Assembly: GCA_048267905.1 (NCBI GenBank)
Contig: JBLWWM010000001.1
Coordinates: 123,086-187,085, forward strand
Direction: 5' to 3'
DNA length: 64,000 nucleotides
Source of the DNA: Balneola sp.
GTDB lineage: Bacteria > Bacteroidota > Rhodothermia > Balneolales > Balneolaceae
The position numbers were made by a program, and so were the translations under genes. Position 1 is the stretch's first letter; each line of letters opens with the position of its first letter. Below, one piece after another: positions 8,438-17,084 of the stretch. The notes below the pieces were generated by a model that saw only the letters and a list, made by a program, of their open reading frames with translations, did no database searches and was not told the DNA's origin.

Positions 8438-10642
8438 TTATTCTATTACACATTCAAAGATACCTAAGACATCAAATGATGATAGGTCATCGTCTTTTAG
8501 AACTATATTTTCGTATCTAACATCTGTTGATTTAGGTTTTAGAATAATAGATTGATGCCTCCACACGCCATCTTGTTCATATTTTTTGCTTTCATATTCT
8601 TTGATTGTGTAGGAAGAGCCAAAGTCCGAATCATTTATATGTGTACTTTTTACTAATACAATTTTACCATTTCTAGAACCGCCATTATCTTTTTTGAATA
8701 AACACCAAGAGCCATTTTTAATTTTTTTATTCATTGATTCACCAATAACTTGGCAAACGAAGTAACCTTCTCTTGCTGATATAGCCATGGGTAATTCGAC
8801 CCACTCATAATTCTCGTATTCAGCTTGATTTTGTAAATCGCTAAACTTTCCAGCGGCAGTGTATATGTCGAGTAAGGGAACTGCATTGACATATGGTTTA
8901 ACATCTGTAAATGGCAAAGGCCTAAGTGTACTCTTAGCTTTGTAAGGATTAATATGCTCTTTAAAGTATTCACTCAAGTTTTTGTCGCAAGCATAGATAT
9001 ATGTACCTCTTATTCCTCTGTACATAATAGTTTTGTAAATATTAATTATATAGGCTTTTAAATCTTCATCCGTTGCTTGTTGTTTTCCATATTTATCAAA
9101 ATAGTTGTCACTTATTATTTCAATTTCCTTGGTTTGTTTATTATATACAATTTCTTCACCGAAAATAATTCCAGTATAGTTTAAATCATAACCTTGCGTA
9201 GTATGAATACTTCCAACTTCGTTAAAAGCATTTGGTGAATTAATCCAATCATCAGGTGTTCTATTCCATTGAAACTTAAGTCCTTCAATTTCAATATCCA
9301 TTGCATCAGGTGTCTCACCCCGTACATCTGAAATCCAGGGCCATGAATAGCCTGCAATTAGTCTACATAAGCCATGCTTTTCTTCTTTGATAGTTAATTG
9401 TTCATACATGTCTACTAAAGAGTCAAAGATCACCAAATCATAATTTTCATCCAGGTACTTTTCTTTTTCGTTACGTTTGATATTTAAAAGAAGGTCTACA
9501 AATGTTATGTAATCATTACCGCCTTTAGAACGCATTTGCGATTGTAACTCTATTTCAATTGTGTTTTTTTCATTTAGAAGTTTCTCAAAATGAGAAGATG
9601 GAATATCAGATGGTTTAACTGATTGTGCAGAATCGTAGAAGAATATTTGATTCTTACTATTTGCAATTATCCAGTCTAATTCTGTACCAGTATCATCCAA
9701 ACCTAGGCTTCGATTATTTTTTTTGAAAGCACCCATCCAGCTGATGTTTTTATATTGCCTTAAGCGATGAGCCTCATCAATAATTAGCAAATCATATTTC
9801 TTTTTGAAAGTGTTTGAAGGACCAATTATCATTGATGATTTTAAATCTGGTATTTTACGAAATACATTTTGCAACGTTTTTCGTAATGAACTCATAGCAA
9901 TAACAATTCCAATTTTTGCTTCTGGATAATTCTTTTTAAACGCTCGTATTAAATTAATTTCTTGGATTTCATTATCACTGAAATCATCCATATTCGTATC
10001 TGAAACATCAGAGCTAAGTAGTTTTATTAAATAGGTGGCAAGAATTGTTTTTCCCGTACCAGCACTTCCTTTAACGAAGATTTTACTTGAGTCATTCTGC
10101 GTTAAAGTTCCAATAATTTCTAAAACAGAATTGTACTGACTTTCATTAAGAGATTTGTAAGGAGAATATTTAAATAGTTCTGAATTTTCAATTTCTTCGA
10201 GTGACTTACTAACTATATTATTCTCAATTAACTTACCCCAAATTTCTTTGAAAAGGTTTTTATATAAGTCTTGTTGATAATAGTTGTGGTTAATTAAACC
10301 ATGATTCCCGTTCTGTAATTCATAAGTACCTTCTGATGATATGTATTGAATTAATTTTGATTCTATATCAAGCGTAGCAGATTTATTAAACTTGTCAGAA
10401 CCAATTATGGATAGTTGATTAAAAGCATTAGCTTTTTTTGGATTAGCTAAATGATCTTTAATCCGACTTGAGAAATTAGTGGATTCTCCCACATAAGCAA
10501 CTTTCTTAGATTCGTTTTGAATAAAATATACCAAAGGCCACTGGTTCTTTACCCAAGGATTTTCATAGATGCTATCTAAAGATTTTTTATCAAAACCATA
10601 ACGCTCTGAAATTTCTATTGATAAATGAAAGGATAAACTCAT
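8438..10642 (-). CDS. GIY-YIG nuclease / DUF2075 (Schlafen group-3-like) helicase / S24 (LexA-like) peptidase-domain fusion
   Basis: N-terminal LVY..AYVGES..R..H..E..N (GIY-YIG); Walker A GSAGTGKT (aa 192-199); DEAH (aa 289); VGSIHTTQGYDL; C-terminal TAAG, VIGESM and YTIKEY (S24). Confidence 0.85.
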   Translation of the reverse strand: MSLSFHLSIEISERYGFDKKSLDSIYENPWVKNQWPLVYFIQNESKKVAYVGESTNFSSRIKDHLANPKKANAFNQLSIIGSDKFNKSATLDIESKLIQYISSEGTYELQNGNHGLINHNYYQQDLYKNLFKEIWGKLIENNIVSKSLEEIENSELFKYSPYKSLNESQYNSVLEIIGTLTQNDSSKIFVKGSAGTGKTILATYLIKLLSSDVSDTNMDDFSDNEIQEINLIRAFKKNYPEAKIGIVIAMSSLRKTLQNVFRKIPDLKSSMIIGPSNTFKKKYDLLIIDEAHRLRQYKNISWMGAFKKNNRSLGLDDTGTELDWIIANSKNQIFFYDSAQSVKPSDIPSSHFEKLLNEKNTIEIELQSQMRSKGGNDYITFVDLLLNIKRNEKEKYLDENYDLVIFDSLVDMYEQLTIKEEKHGLCRLIAGYSWPWISDVRGETPDAMDIEIEGLKFQWNRTPDDWINSPNAFNEVGSIHTTQGYDLNYTGIIFGEEIVYNKQTKEIEIISDNYFDKYGKQQATDEDLKAYIINIYKTIMYRGIRGTYIYACDKNLSEYFKEHINPYKAKSTLRPLPFTDVKPYVNAVPLLDIYTAAGKFSDLQNQAEYENYEWVELPMAISAREGYFVCQVIGESMNKKIKNGSWCLFKKDNGGSRNGKIVLVKSTHINDSDFGSSYTIKEYESKKYEQDGVWRHQSIILKPKSTDVRYENIVLKDDDLSSFDVLGIFECVIE

Positions 10643-10968
10643 AAATCAGTATACTTTGTAGCAGTTCCTTTTGCCTTATCTACAGGGTATTTCTTTCCGT
10701 TCAGTTGGATTTTTTCCAACAAGATTTCTTTAATATTGAATCCATACTTTTCTGCTAATAGAAAAGCATAAGCAAGAACATCGGCCAACTCTTCTTTAAC
10801 TTTTTCTTTAACAGCTTCTTCATGAGATTTCCATAAGAAGTTTTCTAAAAGTTCCCCTGCTTCGATATTTAGAGCTAAAGCGAGATCTTTTGGATTGTGA
10901 AATTGCTCCCAGTCTCTATCATTCCTGAACTTTATCAGGGCGTTAGTTATTTCTTTAATATCACTCAT
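10639..10968 (-). CDS. MazG-like nucleotide pyrophosphohydrolase (dCTPase/RS21-C6-like)
   Basis: FRNDRDWEQFHNPKDLA, EAGELLE, EELADV, KYP; 4-nt ATGA overlap with the helicase gene. Confidence 0.92.
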   Translation of the reverse strand: MSDIKEITNALIKFRNDRDWEQFHNPKDLALALNIEAGELLENFLWKSHEEAVKEKVKEELADVLAYAFLLAEKYGFNIKEILLEKIQLNGKKYPVDKAKGTATKYTDL

Positions 10969-11107
10969 ATCTTATTCTCTTAATGAAACATAATTTTTAT
11001 ATAAAATACATTACATAAAAAGTTTGGGAGCCAAGGGCATGCTAAGAAACCATTAGCTTAAACTATTTATAGTAACAGCAGTCAATAAAAGCAAAACAAA
11101 CGCAAGT

Positions 11108-11150
11108 CACTTTTAATCGTTTTACACATAGACTAAAATGATTAAAAGTG
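11108..11150. other. 17-bp near-perfect inverted repeat
   Basis: CACTTTTAATCGTTTTA-cacatagac-TAAAATGATTAAAAGTG, with one G:T pair. Confidence 0.75.
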
Positions 11151-11343
11151 AATTACTTTCAAAATACAAAAGTAAGCGTATCCTCAAAATTTATAGTAGA
11201 AGAGAGTACAAGTTTTTAGATAGAAATTTAGCTTCATCAAAGTCTCTAAATCTCTGATTATCGAATTCCACAATTCATCAAAATTTAAACCAAATCCAAA
11301 ATCGGGGAACACTTGGAATTAAAATTGCATTATCTTCGGTAAC

Positions 11344-13188
11344 ATGAGCGATGAAATACAAAAACCGAATCTCCAAGAAAAAGTAGCAAACTTGCCACTA
11401 TCACCAGGGGTTTATATCTACAAAGACGCTTCTGGAAGTATATTGTATGTAGGTAAAGCCAAGAAATTGCGAAATAGAGTTCGGTCGTACTTTCAGGAAT
11501 CACGCCCAGTGGATGGTCGTATCAAGACCATGGTTTCCAAAATTGCCGACCTCGAAGTAATGGTTACCGATTCGGAGGCCGAAGCTCTTATTCTTGAGAA
11601 CAACTTCATTAAACAGTACGAGCCTCGGTATAACATCATGTACCGAGATGATAAATCGTATCCATACATTTGTGTAACCGCCGACTCCAAGCCAAGAGTG
11701 TTTCCTACTCGAACGGTTCTTAAAGATGGTAGCAAGTACTACGGTCCATACGATAGCGTATTGAATATGAAACGTATGCTTGAAACCATCCGTAAAGCGT
11801 TTGATCTATGTACTTGTGCTGTTTCCATTAAGAATATTGATCGAACAAGAGGAATTCCCAAATGGCACTCTTGTTTTGACGATTACTTACAAAACTGTTC
11901 CGGCGATTTAGACACCGAAAAGTATCAGGATATTATCAAAAAAGTGGAGCGCTTGCTTCATGGCAAAACCGATGTACTTCTCAGGGAACTTAAAGAGGAA
12001 ATGCAGCTAGCCTCAGACGCATTAGCTTTTGAAGAAGCTGCTAAATTAAGAGATAGCTACGTGGCTGTAGAACGATACAGCCATAAAATGAAAATTGTAG
12101 CAGACAAAAAAGTAGATAGAGATATTTTCGCTATAGGTGTGGATGAAGAATTAGGCGAAGCTTGTGGGGTGTTATTCAAAGTTAGAGAAGGGAAGTTGAT
12201 GAGTAAATTCCATCGCTTCCTTAAAAACATCGAAGATCTTTCCGAGGGCGAAATGCTACAGTCTTTTGTGGAAGATTATTACACTGGCCAGTATACCGCT
12301 GCCATTCCCGATGAGGTTTATCTAAGTAGCGAGCTTGAAGATGACGAGCCTTTGACGGAATATTTAGCTCAAGAAAAAGGGAAAAAAGTTCCTATCAATA
12401 TCCCTCAGATTGGTGAAAAAGCGCAATTAATTAAGATGGCGCTTACCAATACCAAACTATACCTGAACGAGCGAAGCTTAGAGAAAGATAAATATGAGAA
12501 GAACAGAATTCCGCATGCTGTTAAGGAATTGAAGGAACATTTAAAACTAAGAACGCTTCCTCGTCGTATTGAGTGCTTTGATAACTCCAATTTACAAGGA
12601 ACCGATCCTGTAGCGTCGATGGTGTGTTTTGTCGATGCGAAACCCCGTAAGAGTGAATACAAAAAATTCCATATTAAGACCGTAATTGGGCCCGACGATT
12701 TTGCTTCGATGAAAGAAATACTCGAACGGCGATACTCAAAGGTGATGAAAGACAAACTCCAAATTCCAGATTTGATAGTTGTTGATGGTGGGAAAGGTCA
12801 ATTAAGCGCTGCCGTAGCTACGCTGAAAGAAATCGGATTCTATGGTCAATGCGATGTGATTGGATTAGCAAAACGTCTAGAAGAAGTCTTTTTGCCAGGA
12901 AGCTCAGAGCCTATCATGATTCCTAAAAAATCGAGCGCATTAAAACTATTACAGCAAGCAAGAGATGAAGCTCACCGGTTTGCGATTACCTTCCATCGCC
13001 AAAAAAGAGCTAAAAGAACCTTTGTAACAGAGTTAACCGAGATAGAAGGTGTGGGCGCCAAGAAAGCACAATTACTATTAAAGGAACTTGGTTCAGTAGC
13101 TGAGATAAAAAAGGCTTCATTAGAAAGCTTACAGAAATTGGTAGGTAAAAAATTAGGTAAAAAAGTACACAATTTCTTTAATTCATAA
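11344..13188 (+). CDS. uvrC: Excinuclease ABC subunit C
   Basis: PGVYIY..ILYVGKAKKLRNRVRSYF, UVR domain FEEAAKLRD, IECFDNS, DLIVVDGGKGQL, RDEAHRFA, HhH. Confidence 0.98.
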   Translation: MSDEIQKPNLQEKVANLPLSPGVYIYKDASGSILYVGKAKKLRNRVRSYFQESRPVDGRIKTMVSKIADLEVMVTDSEAEALILENNFIKQYEPRYNIMYRDDKSYPYICVTADSKPRVFPTRTVLKDGSKYYGPYDSVLNMKRMLETIRKAFDLCTCAVSIKNIDRTRGIPKWHSCFDDYLQNCSGDLDTEKYQDIIKKVERLLHGKTDVLLRELKEEMQLASDALAFEEAAKLRDSYVAVERYSHKMKIVADKKVDRDIFAIGVDEELGEACGVLFKVREGKLMSKFHRFLKNIEDLSEGEMLQSFVEDYYTGQYTAAIPDEVYLSSELEDDEPLTEYLAQEKGKKVPINIPQIGEKAQLIKMALTNTKLYLNERSLEKDKYEKNRIPHAVKELKEHLKLRTLPRRIECFDNSNLQGTDPVASMVCFVDAKPRKSEYKKFHIKTVIGPDDFASMKEILERRYSKVMKDKLQIPDLIVVDGGKGQLSAAVATLKEIGFYGQCDVIGLAKRLEEVFLPGSSEPIMIPKKSSALKLLQQARDEAHRFAITFHRQKRAKRTFVTELTEIEGVGAKKAQLLLKELGSVAEIKKASLESLQKLVGKKLGKKVHNFFNS

Positions 13189-13409
13189 GCGTTAGTGCCG
13201 AGGCTTTTAATTTGGGTAGCATTAACATGTTATGTTTAGCCTAGAAGATGTGAGTTAAAATAGAGCAAGCTAATTACACAGGTACATTGTACCCATTGTT
13301 GTGATTATGGAAATCGTTCTTTGTAAAAGGATGTCATAATCTGAATCAATCGGAGGATATTCAGGTTTAATTCAGACATCTTATAAAGAGCCAAACCCAA
13401 AACTTTAGG

Positions 13410-14057
13410 GTGAACAAAATGGATTTAATCAAAAGAAGTACTAAAAAGTCATACAAAGATCTTAGAGATCAAGACTTAGTAAAATTATTTAGACGCAAAG
13501 CTGACAATGCAGCTTTTAATGAGCTTTTAAACCGTCACCAAACAAAAGTGTACTCCTACATCTATAGTATGGTTAACAATCCTGAGACGGCTAACGATAT
13601 TTTTCAAGAAACGTTTACCAAAGTTGTTACTAAAATGGACGACACATACAACGAACAGGGTAAATGGATTGCTTGGGTGATGAGAATTGCACATAATGCA
13701 ACAATTGATTATTTAAGAAAACAAAAGCGTTACATAGACGTTAACTCGTGGTACGACGACGAAAGTTCAACGGATTACTTTCAAAGACTATCTGACGAAA
13801 GTTGGGTAAACGCAGACGATAAGATGATTAATACAGAGACAAACTCCAGCTTAATGTCGCACATTGCAAAGTTACCAGAAGAACAAAGAAGCGTTGTGCT
13901 TTTAAGGCATTATTACGAAATGCCCTTTAAAGAAATAGCTGAATTAACAAATGTTTCAATAAATACGGCTTTGGGCCGCATGAGATATGCTCTAATTAAT
14001 TTGCGGAAACACTTTGAAGAAGAAAGACAACATGAGACAAAGCATGCAAATAAATAA
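13410..14057 (+). CDS. ECF sigma-70 family RNA polymerase sigma factor (start may be ATG at 13419)
   Basis: ANDIFQETF, WVMRIAHNATIDYLRK (region 2), LPEEQR..FKEIAE..INTALGRMRYA (region 4). Confidence 0.93.
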   Translation: MNKMDLIKRSTKKSYKDLRDQDLVKLFRRKADNAAFNELLNRHQTKVYSYIYSMVNNPETANDIFQETFTKVVTKMDDTYNEQGKWIAWVMRIAHNATIDYLRKQKRYIDVNSWYDDESSTDYFQRLSDESWVNADDKMINTETNSSLMSHIAKLPEEQRSVVLLRHYYEMPFKEIAELTNVSINTALGRMRYALINLRKHFEEERQHETKHANK

Positions 14058-14613
14058 TGATGATAATAGCATTCGATATCTGATGAGGGAAATGGATCCC
14101 TCTGAAGAAATCGAATTCGAACGAGAAATGATGAGTGATGAGAATCTTCTCATCGAAGTAGAAAGCCTACGAAGTACCTATCAAAAAATGGGCAAATTGC
14201 CCACCATGTCGGCACCAAGCCACTTGTTAGATAAGGTTGTTTCAGACGCAGTCGAAGCTCAAAAGAAAAATATACGGCGCTCTTACCAAATGGTGGGTTG
14301 GCTGGGCAAAAGTGTAGCCGCCGCCGCTGTAATAGTACTTACCGTTTCAACAGGATACTACTTTATTCCTTCCGATTCTACCAATTTAACTAAAACAACG
14401 AAGGTTCAAACGGCAAAGGGTATTAGCAACATTCAGCCTTGGGTAGACAGAAATGAGGTTATTTCCGTCACCGACCGTACAAATGCCATCCGTTCACAAC
14501 AATTAGACAAAGCCTATAACGAAAGCTACAATAAACTGATCTTAGTAAAAGACTCGCAAGGAACCTCTAATTCTAGTAGAGAAATTCTTTACACAAACTC
14601 ACCAATAAAGTAG
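14014..14613 (+). CDS. Putative membrane-anchored anti-sigma factor (true start probably ATG at 14032 or 14044)
   Basis: Overlaps the sigma gene end; N-terminal YL..EM...E..EFE..M anti-sigma-like helices and one TM segment. Confidence 0.65.
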   Translation: MKKKDNMRQSMQINNDDNSIRYLMREMDPSEEIEFEREMMSDENLLIEVESLRSTYQKMGKLPTMSAPSHLLDKVVSDAVEAQKKNIRRSYQMVGWLGKSVAAAAVIVLTVSTGYYFIPSDSTNLTKTTKVQTAKGISNIQPWVDRNEVISVTDRTNAIRSQQLDKAYNESYNKLILVKDSQGTSNSSREILYTNSPIK

Positions 14614-14626
14614 AATCTGCAAAAGT

Positions 14627-14657
14627 TGTGGATAACTTTGTGCTTTGTTGTGAATAA
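14627..14657 (-). promoter_or_regulatory. Two DnaA boxes upstream of parA
   Basis: TGTGGATAA (14627-14635, rc TTATCCACA) and TGTGAATAA (14649-14657, rc TTATTCACA); same orientation, 22 bp apart. Confidence 0.6.
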
Positions 14658-14732
14658 GTATTTTTGTATTGGAAGATACCTCGCTTTATATTGAAATTTA
14701 TGCCAACAATCAAAGTATAAAGTAGGAATTTC

Positions 14733-15530
14733 ATGGGTAAAGTGATCTCCATAGCCAATCAAAAGGGTGGAGTTGGTAAAACGACGACAGCAATTAACTT
14801 GGCGGCAAGTTTAGCAGCAATAGAACATCCTACGCTGGTGATCGATATTGATCCCCAAAGTAACACTACAAGTGGATTAGGGATTGATGTCAAAACCGTT
14901 ACTAACTCAATTTATGAGGTAATGATTGGTAGTTCGGATATTAACGACACCATTCGAAAGACAGAGCTAGAGTTTCTAGATTTAGTTCCATCTCATATAA
15001 ATTTGGTTGGTGCGGAAATAGAAATGATTGATCGTGATGAACGTGAGCGTATTCTTACTAAAGCTGTTTCCGAGTTACGAGAAAAATATGATTTCGTTAT
15101 TATTGATTGTCCCCCTTCTTTAGGTTTGCTGACAATCAATGCTCTTACCGCTTCTGACTCTATCGTTATTCCTGTTCAATGTGAATATTTTGCATTAGAA
15201 GGATTAGGTCAGCTACTTAACACCATTAAGATTGTGAGGCAACATTTAAACCCAATGCTTGACATTGAAGGTGTGTTATTAACTATGTATGATGTGCGTA
15301 CTCGCCTCTCAAATCAGGTTGCAGACGAAGTAAAACGATATTTTGATGATAGAGTGTTTAAATCGGTAATTTCTAGAAATATTAGGCTAGCAGAAGCTCC
15401 AAGTTTTGGTAAACCAGCTCTGTTGTACGACTCTACAAGTACGGGTTCAAAAAATTACTTATCACTAGCTCGTGAGATTATTAAGAAGAACAGGAAACTA
15501 TTTAAAGATAGCCCAGTTCTATCGAAGTAG
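14733..15530 (+). CDS. parA: Chromosome partitioning ATPase ParA/Soj
   Basis: [47 protein letters not shown]. Confidence 0.97.
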   Translation: MGKVISIANQKGGVGKTTTAINLAASLAAIEHPTLVIDIDPQSNTTSGLGIDVKTVTNSIYEVMIGSSDINDTIRKTELEFLDLVPSHINLVGAEIEMIDRDERERILTKAVSELREKYDFVIIDCPPSLGLLTINALTASDSIVIPVQCEYFALEGLGQLLNTIKIVRQHLNPMLDIEGVLLTMYDVRTRLSNQVADEVKRYFDDRVFKSVISRNIRLAEAPSFGKPALLYDSTSTGSKNYLSLAREIIKKNRKLFKDSPVLSK

Positions 15531-15538
15531 GAGAAATA

Positions 15539-16471
15539 ATGGCTAGTAAGAAAGTATTAGGTAGGGGTTTGGGAGTTTATTTTCCAGAATACGACACTGA
15601 TTCGAGCGAAGAAAAGAAGGTAAAAGCTGAAGGAGATATTGGTTCTGAGAAAGAATCTAAGCCTGTTATAACTCCTGCTGATAGAGTTAATATTGTACTT
15701 CATGTACCAGTAGATCATATTCGAGCAAATCCTCATCAACCTAGACGAGAATTTGATGAAGAGCGGCTAGAAGAACTTGCTGACTCGATAAAAACTCATG
15801 GGCTTATCCAACCACTTACAGTTCGATATATTGGAGAGAAGAGATTCGAACTGATTAGTGGTGAGCGTAGACTGAGAGCGTCTAAGTTGGCTGGAATGGA
15901 AGAAGTTCCGGCTTATATTAGAGAAGCGGACGACGAGCAAAGCATGGCTTTTGCGTTGATAGAGAATATCCAACGTGAAGACCTCAGTGTTTTAGAAGTT
16001 GCAATGGCTTATAAGCGTCTTCTTGAAGAATTTGATTATACTCAGGCACAAGTAGCAGATAGAGTAGGAAAGAATAGAACAACAGTTACTAATATGTTGC
16101 GTCTATTAACTCTGCCTGACTTTATTCAAAGTGCTCTAAAATCAAATTTAATCTCGATGGGGCATGCTCGAACGCTCATTAATATCGAGAATGTCGCCGA
16201 TCAGCAGAGTTTGCTTAAAAAAGCTATTCAAAACCAGTGGTCAGTACGGCAAATGGAAGATGCTGTACGTAATGTTGGTACACCTGCTATTAAAAAGAAA
16301 GTAGCGAAAGAACCTTCAAATCCTTTTTATGATGATATTTCATCTAGATTAAGAAGAACTTTCAGCACTAAGGTTGAAGTTAAACCCAAAAAAGATGGTG
16401 GCGAAATTAAGATCGAATATTATTCCGAAGATGACTTGGAGCGGATACTTGGTATCATCGACTCGCTATAG
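15539..16471 (+). CDS. parB: Chromosome partitioning protein ParB/Spo0J
   Basis: LGRGLG, NPHQPR, HGLIQP, LISGERRLRA, LIENIQREDL, HTH, GHAR; SD-like AGGAG upstream. Confidence 0.97.
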   Translation: MASKKVLGRGLGVYFPEYDTDSSEEKKVKAEGDIGSEKESKPVITPADRVNIVLHVPVDHIRANPHQPRREFDEERLEELADSIKTHGLIQPLTVRYIGEKRFELISGERRLRASKLAGMEEVPAYIREADDEQSMAFALIENIQREDLSVLEVAMAYKRLLEEFDYTQAQVADRVGKNRTTVTNMLRLLTLPDFIQSALKSNLISMGHARTLINIENVADQQSLLKKAIQNQWSVRQMEDAVRNVGTPAIKKKVAKEPSNPFYDDISSRLRRTFSTKVEVKPKKDGGEIKIEYYSEDDLERILGIIDSL

Positions 16472-17081
16472 TATTGCAATATGTGCCATCTTTTTAATGA
16501 TGGCACAGCCAGGATTCTCACAAACCTTATTCTCGGAACGGTTTGTACCTTCAAATTACCATTTCTCAACTTTGAAACTGGAGCCTTCAACTCCTCCTAT
16601 AGTTAACTATCCAGAGCCTAAAACAGTACTAAGGCAATCTTTAATAATTCCCGGTTGGGGCCAAATCACGAATCGTCAAGTGTGGAAGGTTCCTATAATT
16701 TATGGACTATTGGGTGGATTGGGCTACTACAGTGTGTATCTTACTAAAGAATACCACAATTATAGAGCAGCTTATTACAACTCGTTTGATACTAATACTG
16801 ATTTTAAGTTTGGTGAGACACCAGAATATCTAGAGGGTTCTTTAGCTTCATCTTTAAAATCTAATAGAGATTTTCTAAGAAACCGCCGAGATTTTATTTA
16901 TATAACGATTGCACTGTCTCATTTACTAAATGTTGTTGATGCTTATGTGTTTGCTCACCTTAGAACGTTTGATGTTTCAGATGATTTGTCTTTAAATGGT
17001 AGTTTAACGCCCACAACAATAAGTACAGGGTTATATGGACAAGTTCCTGCGGTAACATTATCCATAAATTTAAATAGATAA
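16449..17081 (+). CDS. DUF5683-like membrane/exported protein
   Basis: IIPGWGQITNRQVWKVPIIYG and LNVVDAYVFAHL motifs. Start placed at the in-frame TTG 16449 (GGAG upstream, signal-peptide-like N-terminus) instead of the ORF-track start at 16374. Confidence 0.7.
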   Translation: MVSSTRYSIAICAIFLMMAQPGFSQTLFSERFVPSNYHFSTLKLEPSTPPIVNYPEPKTVLRQSLIIPGWGQITNRQVWKVPIIYGLLGGLGYYSVYLTKEYHNYRAAYYNSFDTNTDFKFGETPEYLEGSLASSLKSNRDFLRNRRDFIYITIALSHLLNVVDAYVFAHLRTFDVSDDLSLNGSLTPTTISTGLYGQVPAVTLSINLNR

Positions 17082-17084
17082 TTA

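Noticed and set aside
13213-13240. dif-like site (…TTATGTTTAG)
   Set aside because: The XerD arm is imperfect and the XerC arm and 6-bp spacer do not fit.
14614-14732. oriC
   Set aside because: Only two DnaA boxes in a short gap, no clear unwinding element and no dnaA/dnaN/mnmG context; kept only as a regulatory site.
16374-16448. ORF-track start of the DUF5683-like gene
   Set aside because: It would overlap parB by about 100 nt; TTG at 16449 has an SD-like GGAG and gives a plausible signal peptide.
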